Positions 15,548 through 25,258 of a DNA stretch of 42,387 nucleotides are shown one piece after another. This DNA comes from Clostridiales bacterium UBA4696 (GTDB lineage Bacteria; Bacillota; Clostridia; Oscillospirales; Oscillospiraceae). The stretch lies in contig DHKK01000074.1 of the NCBI GenBank assembly GCA_002404795.1, positions 1 through 42,387 of the forward strand, written 5' to 3'. Position 1 is the first letter of the stretch, and every line of letters begins with the position of its first letter. Below the pieces are notes generated by a model. That model searched no databases and was not told the origin of the DNA. It was given only the letters and a program-made list of their open reading frames with translations. The position numbers and the translations under genes are program-made.

Positions 15548-15869
15548 GTTTCTTTCTCCTTCCGGCCTGTTGGCCTGTCGTGTGGCGGTTTGTTTCTGTG
15601 GCTTCACTGTAGCACATACTAATCAGTATGTCAAGAATTATTTTCAGAAGATTTTCTTCTCTACGTGTCAAGAGCTTTATTTCTCTATTTTAAAATGCCG
15701 GTTTGCCCTGTGGTATCAAGGCTTTCCGGCGTTTTCGCTGTAGAGAAGAATTTCTCTATCATTCAATTTTACTGTTATGCTTGCGCTAGCAGCGCAGCGC
15801 TGCAAGCGAGCTTGCAAGCGTGCGCAGGCGACGCGCAAGCGCAATTTTTACGCCTCAGGAGGTGGCTGC

Positions 15870-16283
15870 ATGGCGAAGGGCGAGCGGGGAAAGCGTATCA
15901 ATATTGAGCAGAAAGCCGCCGTCATTGCCGAGTATGCCAACAGCGGCACGATCACTGATGCTGCAAAAGCCGGTGGTGTGTCCTGGGAGACGGCGAGGAA
16001 GCTTATCAATAACAATATGGACGTCGCTGAAGCGGTAAAAAAGACGGCTGACGAGCGTATGAAGGAGTTCGCTGACAGCCGCCTGGACAAGGTACAGACC
16101 GCGTTGGATACCATACTGAATGATCTTCCGGATAAGCTGCAAAAGAGCAATGCGCTGCAGTCTGCGACCGTGCTTGGCATCCTGATGGATAAGTTCGGAG
16201 GGCAGCGAGACTTCAACGGCAACGCTGTACAGGTCAACGTGACGTTCGGCAATAAGCAGGGCGACATGGACGCGTTCAAATAG
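15870..16283 (+). CDS. terS: Terminase small subunit (probable)
   Basis: N-terminal HTH (ITDAAKAGGVSWETARK); position before TerL; AGGAGGT RBS. Confidence 0.7.
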   Translation: MAKGERGKRINIEQKAAVIAEYANSGTITDAAKAGGVSWETARKLINNNMDVAEAVKKTADERMKEFADSRLDKVQTALDTILNDLPDKLQKSNALQSATVLGILMDKFGGQRDFNGNAVQVNVTFGNKQGDMDAFK

Positions 16284-16322
16284 CGAACGCCACAAATATA
16301 TAATTTGGTGGCGTTCGTTTTT
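16283..16322 (+). terminator. Intrinsic terminator after terS
   Basis: GCGAACGCCAC...GTGGCGTTCGT followed by a T run. Confidence 0.6.
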
Positions 16323-16858
16323 GCTCGGAAGTTCCGAGAATAACGTGAATCACTGAGATATCAGAACTATATACAGATATACATGCATACGGCGTATATT
16401 ATGCAGTGCATAAGCAGGGCAACAGAGTGCATAAAGCTATGAGCTGTGCGCGCCTGGGCTGCGCGTGTGTACATCAGTAGGCCCGGGCTGCAGGCCATTA
16501 AGGCCCCGCGCCGCACGTGTGTGCAGCCGTGTGTGCGCACCCCTCCACCAAATCAAGAGAGGCATAGGGGAGGGTGGCGGAAAAACACCCGGGTGGTTTC
16601 ATACTAGTATATATATAATATCCCATCCACGTGTGCGCTCCATCCCAAAGAGGGGTAGCTACAAAACAGGCGGCACCCTTCCGAAACATGCACCTGAAAA
16701 ATTTCAAAAACCAGACAAAAAGGACCGTGCTGTGTTGGTCTTGCCTGTCTTCGGCAGGCAGGTGAATCCTCCTTGTTTCATCTTTCTTCCCTTCCTCTTG
16801 TCCTGTCGGGTGCCAGGAACACCCGGCAGGCAAGACGAGCACAGCACAGAGGTACTGC

Positions 16859-18256
16859 ATGGGCAAGCAATCGTACAAGCGAACAGCGCCGGGCGAGACG
16901 GTAAAGATCGACCTCGGGAAGCCGAACAGCGAACCGCAGCGGCAGTTTTTCGCCTCGACGGTGAAGTACACCTGTTACGGTGGCGCGCGAGGCGGCGGAA
17001 AGAGCTGGTGCACGCAGAGAAAGCCGGTCGGCGCTTGCCTGTATTATCCGGGATTGAAGATCCTGATCCTCAGACGACGGTACGAAGATCTGGAGAACAG
17101 CGTCATCGACCCGATCGTCAAGCTGGTTCCGGAGACTGTCGCCGTGTACAACGTGCAGAAGCACCTTCTGTCGTTCAAGAACGGCTCGACCATCAAGTTT
17201 GGCAACATGGACGGCTTTGGCTCCGCAGTTGCCGGTAAGTATCAGGGCCAGGAATACGACTGGATCTTCATCGAAGAAGCGACGCAGTTTACCGAGCAGG
17301 AGTTCCGCGGGATCGCGGCCTGCTGCCGAGGCGCGACGCCGTTTCCAAAGCGGATGTACCTGACGTGCAACCCGGGCGGCATCGGGCACCAGTGGGTGAA
17401 GCGCCTGTTCGTCAAGCGCGACTTCCTGCCGAACGAGAACCCGGACGATTATCTGTTTATCAAAGCGACGGTCGAAGACAACGTCGACCTGCTGGAAGGA
17501 TCTCCTGACTACGTCAATGCGCTGGACCTTCTGCCGGAGGACGTGCGCAGGGCGCACCGCTACGGCGACTGGGACGCGCTGTCCGGCGGCTTTTTCCCGG
17601 AGTTCAGGCGCGGGGTACATACCTTCCCGGAGGATTTCCCAATCGACCCGCGCTGGGCAAAATACCGGGCGTTCGACTACGGCCTCGATATGTTTGCCTG
17701 CCTGTGGATCGCGGTCGACTTTTCCGGGCGCTGCTATGTGTACAGGCAGTACAACGAATCTAAGCTCATCGTCTCCGAGGCAGCGAGCGCGGCGATCTCG
17801 CTGACGCCCGCGCGGGAGCGCATCGAATACACCATTGCCCCGCCGGATATGTGGTCGACGCAGAAGGACACCGGCAAGACGATGGCGCAGATCTTCGGCG
17901 AATGCGGGCTGCCGGTTTTGAAAGCGGCAAACAACCGCGTGCAGGGCTGGATGGCCGTTAAAGAGCTTTTGAAACCGTTGCCGGATGGAAAGCCCGGATT
18001 GCTGATTTCAGAATCCTGCAAGGATCTGATCGATTGTTTGCAGGCAATACAGCATGATGAGAAGAATCCGAACGACTGTGCAAAACAACCGCACGAAATC
18101 AGCCATTCACCGGATGCGTTAAGGTACTTTTGCGTTATGCGGACACTCAAGCCGGAGAAGCCGGTCGAGGTGGACGACTACGAGGAAGACCAGCTAGACG
18201 ATTACGACGAATATATGACAGGAGGCGCGCCGAGCGCTTCCTATATCGGCTATTAG
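16859..18256 (+). CDS. terL: Terminase large subunit
   Basis: Walker A YGGARGGGKS, Walker B WIFIEE, TCNPGG, nuclease AFDYG and HSPDALRY. Confidence 0.95.
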   Translation: MGKQSYKRTAPGETVKIDLGKPNSEPQRQFFASTVKYTCYGGARGGGKSWCTQRKPVGACLYYPGLKILILRRRYEDLENSVIDPIVKLVPETVAVYNVQKHLLSFKNGSTIKFGNMDGFGSAVAGKYQGQEYDWIFIEEATQFTEQEFRGIAACCRGATPFPKRMYLTCNPGGIGHQWVKRLFVKRDFLPNENPDDYLFIKATVEDNVDLLEGSPDYVNALDLLPEDVRRAHRYGDWDALSGGFFPEFRRGVHTFPEDFPIDPRWAKYRAFDYGLDMFACLWIAVDFSGRCYVYRQYNESKLIVSEAASAAISLTPARERIEYTIAPPDMWSTQKDTGKTMAQIFGECGLPVLKAANNRVQGWMAVKELLKPLPDGKPGLLISESCKDLIDCLQAIQHDEKNPNDCAKQPHEISHSPDALRYFCVMRTLKPEKPVEVDDYEEDQLDDYDEYMTGGAPSASYIGY

Positions 18257-18276
18257 ATACCAAAAGGAGTATGGGT

Positions 18277-18699
18277 ATGAACACGACGACTGCCGCATGG
18301 GTGTTTGCCCGCGCGATCCATCTGATGGACGAGCAGAACGAGACGACCGGTGAGACCTCCACCACGGATACCGCCGAGTACAAGCTCCGGACGCTGTCCA
18401 TCCTCAACATCCTGCGGCACGAGTTGTTTCCTTATTCCGACACCTACGAGGCGCAGGACGACGGCACGCGCGATATCTGCAGGGAGATCGCGAACTTCAC
18501 GGACGTCATCGACCTGGACGACGTGCTTGCGCAGGGCATCATGCCCTACGGCCTCGCGGCACACCTGCTGCTGGGAGAAAACGACTCGATGGCGGCGTTC
18601 TTCAACGCCAAGTATTCCGAGCTGATCCAGACGCTGGCCGCGAAGAAAGCTTCGAAGTGGGAGGACATCACACCCTACTACGGCGGGTTGTGTTGCTGA
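18277..18699 (+). CDS. Putative head-tail adaptor (podovirus-type)
   Basis: Helical 140-aa protein with PYGLAAHLL; AAGGAG RBS; position in virion module. Confidence 0.5.
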   Translation: MNTTTAAWVFARAIHLMDEQNETTGETSTTDTAEYKLRTLSILNILRHELFPYSDTYEAQDDGTRDICREIANFTDVIDLDDVLAQGIMPYGLAAHLLLGENDSMAAFFNAKYSELIQTLAAKKASKWEDITPYYGGLCC

Positions 18700-18768
18700 T
18701 TATGTAAACAAACGGCCTACCATAGCCGTTGAATTGGCCTACCAGAGCCAAATACAGGAGGACATTGC

Positions 18769-19644
18769 ATGAACGAGAACGAAACCGAAGTTGTTGTGGA
18801 TGACGACAACTACGACGTGGATCTGAGCGAATACGAAACTCTGACAGAAGACGACGGCGACGGCAACCAGACCGAGCCGACCGAAACGGAAGATGCTTCG
18901 CAGGAGCAGGGATCTGCACAGGGCGAGGACGAGCAGGCGCGCGAGGACACGGCCGCTGACGAGCAGCCGGGCACCGAGGAACCGATGTTCGACCTCAAGT
19001 ACAACAAGGAGACCAAACAATACACCAGGCAGCAGGTCACGGAGCTGGCCCAGAAGGGCCTGAACTATGACCACGTTACAGAGCAGCGCGACCGTCTGCA
19101 GCAGGAGAATGCAGACCTTGCCAAGTTCCGTGATGAAAATTCTGCCATCCTCGACACGCTGCGCGCGGCGGCGGAAGCGTCCGGCAAGAGCATTCCGGAG
19201 TATCTGACTTCCATCCGCACGAACCTTCTTGTCGCGCAGGGTATCAGCCCGGAGACGGCGCGGGAGCGCATTTTGCGCGAGGACGCCGAGCAGCGGCTCC
19301 ATTCGCAGCAGAAGGCCGAGGAAGCCGAGGCCAGCAGCAAACGCGACGCCGAGCAGCGACAGAAGGACGATATCGCCCGCTTTCAGAAGAAGTACAAGGA
19401 TGTCGACCCAAAGACCATCCCGCAGGAAGTGTGGGAAGCGGTACGCGGCGGCGAACTTCTGACGGACGCCTACGGCGACTATCAGCGCCGGGAGCTGGAA
19501 CGACAGCTCAAAGAAGCCAACGAGAAGCTGGCGATCCGGGCCAAAAACGAAAGCAATAAACAAAAATCGCTGGGAAGCCTGCAGTCTACGAAGCAGGAGA
19601 CCGGCAAAGACCCGTTCCTGGAGGGCTTCCTTAGCGACGACTAA
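18769..19644 (+). CDS. Capsid scaffolding protein
   Basis: Acidic N-terminus, ELAQKGLNYD, coiled coil, DPFLEGF C-terminus; directly before the capsid gene. Confidence 0.8.
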   Translation: MNENETEVVVDDDNYDVDLSEYETLTEDDGDGNQTEPTETEDASQEQGSAQGEDEQAREDTAADEQPGTEEPMFDLKYNKETKQYTRQQVTELAQKGLNYDHVTEQRDRLQQENADLAKFRDENSAILDTLRAAAEASGKSIPEYLTSIRTNLLVAQGISPETARERILREDAEQRLHSQQKAEEAEASSKRDAEQRQKDDIARFQKKYKDVDPKTIPQEVWEAVRGGELLTDAYGDYQRRELERQLKEANEKLAIRAKNESNKQKSLGSLQSTKQETGKDPFLEGFLSDD

Positions 19645-19659
19645 ATAGGAGGTCTACAT

Positions 19660-20727
19660 ATGGCAGGAGTTATCAATCTTGCAGACAAGTATTCCAGTCA
19701 GGTACTGGAGAGATTTTTTCAGGACAGCTATACGCAGGGTTCGTTCAGCAAGAAGTTTGACGGCGAATTTATCGGCGTAAAGTCTGTCCGATTCCACGAG
19801 GTTGGCACTGTGCCGCTCGTCGACTATAACCGCAGAGGCAATGGCAACAGATACGGCACCCCGAAGGATCTGACCGACGTGGAATACGAGCTCCCGATGG
19901 AGAAGGACCGCTCGTTCTCCTTTGTCATTGACAAGGGCGATATGAAGGAGCAGATGGGCATCAAGAAGGCTGGTGAATGCCTGCGCCGAGAGATGCGCGA
20001 GGTCGTTACCCCGGAGATCGACAATTACCGTATGGACAGGTGGGCGGAAAAGGCCGGTCTGCACGTTGCACTTTCGGCGGAACCGTCCAAGACCACGATT
20101 GTCGAGAACATGCTCGACGCGAATGTTGCGCTGGACGAGCACAACGTCCCGGCGGAAGGCAGAACCTTCTACATCAACCCGAAGTACTACAAGTTCATTA
20201 AGCTCGCTTCCGAGTGGAACAACATTGAGCCTCTGGCGGCGAAAGCACTCGGCAAGGGTATTGTCGGTGAATTTGACGGTGTCCCCGTCAAGAAGATCGC
20301 AAGAATGCCCTCGAACGTGTATTTCATGCTGGTGTTCAAGAACGCTGCGATTTCCCCTGTGAAGCTGCATGAGTACAAAATGCACACCGACCCGCAGGGC
20401 TACAGCGGTGCGCTCGTGGAAGGCCGTTTCCTGTACGATGCATTCGTTATGCCGACTATGGCAAACGGTATTTACGTGGCCTGTGCTTCCGGCAAGGTCT
20501 GCACGAAGCCGACGATTTCGGTTTCCAGCCATACCGTCACACTGACTGCAGGCGAAGGCGAGACCATCAAGTACACGCTTGACGGCTCCGACCCGCGTTT
20601 CTCCAAGACTGCGGTCGAGTACAGTTCTTCGTCCAAGCCGACTTCTACGGCTGGCGATACGATCCGCGCAGCAGCGTTCAAGACCGGTATGTTCTGGTCT
20701 GATATGGCCGAAACGGTCGACGCGTAA
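19660..20727 (+). CDS. Major capsid protein with C-terminal Fn3-associated / Ig-like domain
   Basis: INLADKYS, DRSFSFVID, VTPEID, LVEGRFLYDAFV; C-terminal IKYTLDGSDP. Confidence 0.9.
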   Translation: MAGVINLADKYSSQVLERFFQDSYTQGSFSKKFDGEFIGVKSVRFHEVGTVPLVDYNRRGNGNRYGTPKDLTDVEYELPMEKDRSFSFVIDKGDMKEQMGIKKAGECLRREMREVVTPEIDNYRMDRWAEKAGLHVALSAEPSKTTIVENMLDANVALDEHNVPAEGRTFYINPKYYKFIKLASEWNNIEPLAAKALGKGIVGEFDGVPVKKIARMPSNVYFMLVFKNAAISPVKLHEYKMHTDPQGYSGALVEGRFLYDAFVMPTMANGIYVACASGKVCTKPTISVSSHTVTLTAGEGETIKYTLDGSDPRFSKTAVEYSSSSKPTSTAGDTIRAAAFKTGMFWSDMAETVDA

Positions 20728-20733
20728 GCAAAA

Positions 20734-20769
20734 AATAGGGCGTACAGCAATGTACGCCCTATTCCTTTT
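20734..20769 (+). terminator. Intrinsic terminator after the capsid gene
   Basis: AATAGGGCGTACA-GCAA-TGTACGCCCTATT-CCTTTT. Confidence 0.8.
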
Positions 20770-20783
20770 GAAGGGTAAACACT

Positions 20784-22568
20784 ATGGCGACAATTTCCAC
20801 CAAAGACGACAGCAAGGTCTTTACCATCAAGAAGTTTCTCGGGCTGAACGAGTCCAACGACGGCGATACGCAGCTGAAATTGGGCGAGGCGTCGGTCCTC
20901 AAGAACTTCGAGATCACAAACGAATATCATCTGCGCGTCAGACCGGGTTATAACACCATGCACGCCTTTACCGGCGCTGTCCGCGGCATGTGGCATGGCT
21001 ACGTTGCAGGCGGCGAGGTGACGGTCTGTGCGGCTGACGGCGCAGTTTGGAATATGACGGAAGACGGGGCGGAGAATATCGGCGATATCCTTGACGCCCC
21101 GACGACGTTTTTCGGCTTCGGCGATAAGCTCTATATCCTGAACGGATCCGAGTATCTGGTCTGGGACGGCATCGGATACGTCGAGACCGTCAGCGGCTAT
21201 GTGCCGGTCGTTGTGACGGCGTCTGCGCCGGGCGGCGGCGGGACGACGCTGGAGCCGGTGAACATGCTGACCGGCAAGCGCCGCGTGCGCTTCTCCGCCG
21301 ACGGCACATCGACGGTCTACCAGCTGCCGGAGAAGAACGTCACGAGCATTGATTTTGTGTTCGTGGAGAAAGCCGAGGTGACGACGGGCTTCACGGTCGA
21401 CAAAGAGGCCGGGACCGTCACCTTCACCGAGGCCCCGGCACAGGGCAGCAACAACGTCGAGGTCTTCTACAACGTGGCGAACACGCTGCGGGCGAAGATC
21501 GAGAAGATGCGCTTCAGCGAATTTTTCAACGGCGCATCGGATACGCGCGTGTTCCTTTACGGCGACGGCAGCAACAAGGCGTACTACTGCGGCGTGACAG
21601 AGACGGGCGAGGCCAGCGCCGAGTATTTCCCGGACCTGTACGAGGTGCAGATCGGCACGGCCAACACGCCCATCACGGCCATGTCCCGGCACTACTCGAA
21701 GCTGCTGGTCTTCAAGCCGGAGGCGGTCTATGCGACGAGCTATTCCGCCATCACGCTCGAGGACGGCAGCACGACGGCAGGCTTTTACACCGTCCCCATC
21801 CACCGGGAGATCGGCAACGAAGCGCCCGGGCAGGTGCAGCTGGTCAACAACTACCCGCGCTCGATCTGCGCGGGCAACGTGTTCGAATGGCGGCTGGCGA
21901 CGACGCTGTACGCCGACGAGCGCAACGCGAAAAACATCTCCGCCCGCGTGCAGCAGACCATGAACAGCGCGGACGTGTCGAAGATCTTCACCTTCGACAA
22001 CAACATGACGCACGAATACTTCCTGTTTTTGAACGACGCGCAGGGGACCGTGCTGGTCAACAACTACGAGACGAACGTCTGGTACATGTTCACCGGCCTC
22101 CCGGCGACCTGCGCGTGCGCGGACGGGATGGCAATGTATCTGGGCTTCTCCGACGGGCGGCTGGTCGATTTTGACCATATGCACACGTCGGATGACGGCG
22201 CGGCGATCGAGTCCCGGTACGAGTCCGGGAACATGTCGTTCAACGCCGACTACAAGCGCAAGACCAGCTCTATCATCTGGGTCTCGATGAAGCCTGCGAC
22301 GAATGCGCGAATCCTGATCTCCGCCCGGTCGGACAAAAAGAGCGACTATGCGGAGAAGGAAGTGGCCTCGAGCCTGTCCGGCTTCGACCACGTGAATTTC
22401 ATCCACTGGTCTTTTTTGACGAACCGCGCGCCGCAGATCGAGCGGATCAAGCTGAAGGTGAAGAAGTTCGTCTATTACAAGATCGTCATTACAAGTGGCT
22501 CGACCTTCGGCGACGTGACCGTGCTCGGCATCGACCAGAAGGTCCGCTACACCGGAAATGTGAAATAG
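20784..22568 (+). CDS. Podovirus tail nozzle / stabilisation protein (beta-propeller type)
   Basis: FLGLN..NF...LRVRPG N-terminus; beta-rich 594 aa; LLVFK. Confidence 0.7.
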   Translation: MATISTKDDSKVFTIKKFLGLNESNDGDTQLKLGEASVLKNFEITNEYHLRVRPGYNTMHAFTGAVRGMWHGYVAGGEVTVCAADGAVWNMTEDGAENIGDILDAPTTFFGFGDKLYILNGSEYLVWDGIGYVETVSGYVPVVVTASAPGGGGTTLEPVNMLTGKRRVRFSADGTSTVYQLPEKNVTSIDFVFVEKAEVTTGFTVDKEAGTVTFTEAPAQGSNNVEVFYNVANTLRAKIEKMRFSEFFNGASDTRVFLYGDGSNKAYYCGVTETGEASAEYFPDLYEVQIGTANTPITAMSRHYSKLLVFKPEAVYATSYSAITLEDGSTTAGFYTVPIHREIGNEAPGQVQLVNNYPRSICAGNVFEWRLATTLYADERNAKNISARVQQTMNSADVSKIFTFDNNMTHEYFLFLNDAQGTVLVNNYETNVWYMFTGLPATCACADGMAMYLGFSDGRLVDFDHMHTSDDGAAIESRYESGNMSFNADYKRKTSSIIWVSMKPATNARILISARSDKKSDYAEKEVASSLSGFDHVNFIHWSFLTNRAPQIERIKLKVKKFVYYKIVITSGSTFGDVTVLGIDQKVRYTGNVK

Positions 22569-22577
22569 GAGGGTGCT

Positions 22578-22820
22578 ATGGAAACGATTCTTGGACTGAT
22601 CCTGCAGCTGCTGATTTTGGGCTGCCAGATCGCGGTCTGCATTCTCGGCTATGTGCTCGTCACGCGCGGCACGGCCCCGCAGAAGGAGAAAGAGCCGGAC
22701 GCGGCAGAGTCGGCGCTGTCTGAGGAAGAACGCCGGATGCAGGAGCAGATGAAGCGCATGATGGACGGCATGAACAATATTTTAGGTTATGACGGCCATC
22801 CGCAGGGTGACAGAGAATGA
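22578..22820 (+). CDS. Small protein with an N-terminal TM helix
   Basis: AGGAGG RBS; hydrophobic residues 4-28. Confidence 0.7.
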   Translation: METILGLILQLLILGCQIAVCILGYVLVTRGTAPQKEKEPDAAESALSEEERRMQEQMKRMMDGMNNILGYDGHPQGDRE

Positions 22821-24514
22821 AAGAGAAAATGACGCCGGATAAGGCGTACCGCAGATACGACCGCGGCGTACAGGTCAACACGCAGCTGAATCTGTACGAC
22901 ACGGTCCAGAAAAACGAAAATTTCTTTATCGGCAAGCAGTGGGAGGGCGTGGAGTCGAACGGCCTGCCGACGCCGGTCTTCAACTTCCTCAAGCGCGTCG
23001 CGCTTTTCCAGATCGCGACGATCTCGAGCGACAACCTCTCCATGCAGGCTTCGCCGCTCGGCTCTACCAGTATGTATTCTCTCGGGGACCTTGAAAAGGT
23101 GGCGGACGTCATGAACAAGCAGTTCGCCGCCATCTTTGAGCGCAACAAGATCGTCACGCTGACGCGCCAGTTCATGCGCAACGCGGCGGTCGACGGCGAC
23201 GGCGCGACGTACACCTACTTTGACCCCGATATCGAGACCGGGCAGGAGGCAAAGGGCGATATCGTCACCGAGATCATCGAGAACACGCGCGTGCTCTTCG
23301 GCAACCCGAACGACCGGCGCGTGCAGACGCAGCCCTATATCATCATCCCCCGCCGCCTCATGGTGGACGAGGTCCGGCGCATTGCCAAGCGCAACGGCGT
23401 CAAGAAGGACGATATCGACCGCATCCGGCCGGACACGGAAGACTACAACAACCAGATGGACACCCTGCAGGATAAGCTCTGTACCCTCATCGTCTACCTC
23501 TGGAAGGACGATGAGACCGGCACGGTCCACAGCTACCAGTGTACCAAAGACGTGGAGATCGAGAAGGAGAAGGACACCGGCCTGAAGCTCTACCCGATCA
23601 CGTGGATGCCGTGGGACTACGTGCAGGACTGCTACCACGGCATGGCACTCATCGGCGAGCTGATCCCGAACCAGATCTTCGTCAATAAGCTGTTCGCCAT
23701 GTCGATGCTCTCGCTCATGACCACGGCGTTCCCGAAGATCGTCTACGACAAGACGCGCGTGCCGCGCTGGGACAGCCGCGTCGGCGCGGCCATCGGCATC
23801 AACGGCGGCGACGTCAACAATGTGGCGAAAATTTTAGACCCGGCGACCATCTCGCCGCAGGTCTCGCAGTTCATTGACTCCGCCATCAACTACACGCAGA
23901 ACTTCATGGGCGCGTCCGACGCGGCCCTCGGCGATACCCGGCCGGACAATACGTCCGCCATCGTGGCCCTGCAGCGCGCGTCCAACGCGCCTTTGGAGCT
24001 GGTGAAGCTCAACATGTACGAATCCATTGAGGATCTGGGCCGCATCTACCTTGACCACATGCGCGTGTACTACGGCACGCGGTATGTGCAGGTGAAGATG
24101 CTGACGAAGGACCAGCTCAATTCGCAGCCGCTCGGCATGACGCTGCCGGAGCAGGATTTCAATACGCCCTTCGATTTCGACATCCTCAACCGCATCCCGC
24201 TCTCTCTCAAGCTCGACGTCGGCGCGTCGGCCTACTGGTCGGAGATCACGACGGTGCAGACGCTCGACAATCTGCTCATGCAGGGCAAGATCGAGCTGGT
24301 GGACTACCTCGAGCGCATCCCGGAGGGCTACGTCTCGAAGCGGCAGGAGCTGATCGACAAGCTCAAGGGAAATCAGGCCATGTCGCAGATGAATCAGGGC
24401 GCGACGAGCGGGAATCTCGTGCCAGAGGTCCCGCAGGCCGGGCAGATCCCGGTCAACGGCGGCAGCGGCTACGGCGAGCTGCAAAGGGCGCTCAACGAAA
24501 CGGGGGTGGCATAA
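22817..24514 (+). CDS. Portal protein (P22-like)
   Basis: FFIGKQW, PTPVFN, AAVDGDG, LIPNQIFVNK, NTSAIVALQ; 565 aa. Confidence 0.8.
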   Translation: MKEKMTPDKAYRRYDRGVQVNTQLNLYDTVQKNENFFIGKQWEGVESNGLPTPVFNFLKRVALFQIATISSDNLSMQASPLGSTSMYSLGDLEKVADVMNKQFAAIFERNKIVTLTRQFMRNAAVDGDGATYTYFDPDIETGQEAKGDIVTEIIENTRVLFGNPNDRRVQTQPYIIIPRRLMVDEVRRIAKRNGVKKDDIDRIRPDTEDYNNQMDTLQDKLCTLIVYLWKDDETGTVHSYQCTKDVEIEKEKDTGLKLYPITWMPWDYVQDCYHGMALIGELIPNQIFVNKLFAMSMLSLMTTAFPKIVYDKTRVPRWDSRVGAAIGINGGDVNNVAKILDPATISPQVSQFIDSAINYTQNFMGASDAALGDTRPDNTSAIVALQRASNAPLELVKLNMYESIEDLGRIYLDHMRVYYGTRYVQVKMLTKDQLNSQPLGMTLPEQDFNTPFDFDILNRIPLSLKLDVGASAYWSEITTVQTLDNLLMQGKIELVDYLERIPEGYVSKRQELIDKLKGNQAMSQMNQGATSGNLVPEVPQAGQIPVNGGSGYGELQRALNETGVA

Positions 24515-25246
24515 ATGAGCATTCCGACACTCGACACCGACCTCAGCATCATCCAGAAGCTGGACGACTATCCAAACGACATCGGCGGGCTTTCAGCCGC
24601 GCAGCTGAAAGCGAAGTTTGACGAGGGCGTGCTTGCCCTGCAGACGTATATCAATACCGTCCTCATCCCCGCGCTCATTGCGGAGAAGCTTCCCTTCACG
24701 GCCTCGACGGCCATCAACGCCGACACCATCCAGTCGGCCATCGAGAACGTGCAGTCGCAGCTTTCCCGGGCTGTGGCCGGCACCATCCCGAACAATACCG
24801 TCGGCATGGAGAAGCTGACCAAGACCGTGCAGAACGCCATCGCCTCCGGCGGCGGCGCGGCTGCGGCGGTCACGGCGCTTTCCAAGACCGTCGCGCAGAA
24901 CGTGGCGGCGACGAACGAGAACACGACGGCCATTGCCGCCATCAACGCAGCGAACGTGAACCGTGACGCCGAGATCGCCAAGATCTCCGGCAAGGCCGAA
25001 CTGTCGCAGGGCGCGACGTTCGTTCTGACGGCGGCGGGCTGGGCGGACGGCAAGCAGACCGTGTCCATCAACATCGGCACGGGGCGCAACGACGCCGTCG
25101 GCCTCGACACGTCGGCGACGCTGGCGCAGTGGCAGGAGGCGGCGAAATGCGGCGTCAAGGTCTACAGCGCGAACGAGGAGGGCATTACCTTCTCCTGCGA
25201 GACTGCGCCGACGCTCGACCTGCCGTGCGCGTACATTTTGATGTAA
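24515..25246 (+). CDS. Tail fibre / tail spike protein
   Basis: GLSAAQLKAKFD N-terminus; C-terminal LTAAGW..GITF..APT domain. Confidence 0.65.
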   Translation: MSIPTLDTDLSIIQKLDDYPNDIGGLSAAQLKAKFDEGVLALQTYINTVLIPALIAEKLPFTASTAINADTIQSAIENVQSQLSRAVAGTIPNNTVGMEKLTKTVQNAIASGGGAAAAVTALSKTVAQNVAATNENTTAIAAINAANVNRDAEIAKISGKAELSQGATFVLTAAGWADGKQTVSINIGTGRNDAVGLDTSATLAQWQEAAKCGVKVYSANEEGITFSCETAPTLDLPCAYILM

Positions 25247-25258
25247 GGAGGGGCGTAT

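Noticed and set aside
16465..17238. ORFs spanning the terS-terL gap
   Set aside because: They overlap terL out of frame or antisense, have low-complexity Arg/Pro-rich translations and lack a convincing RBS.
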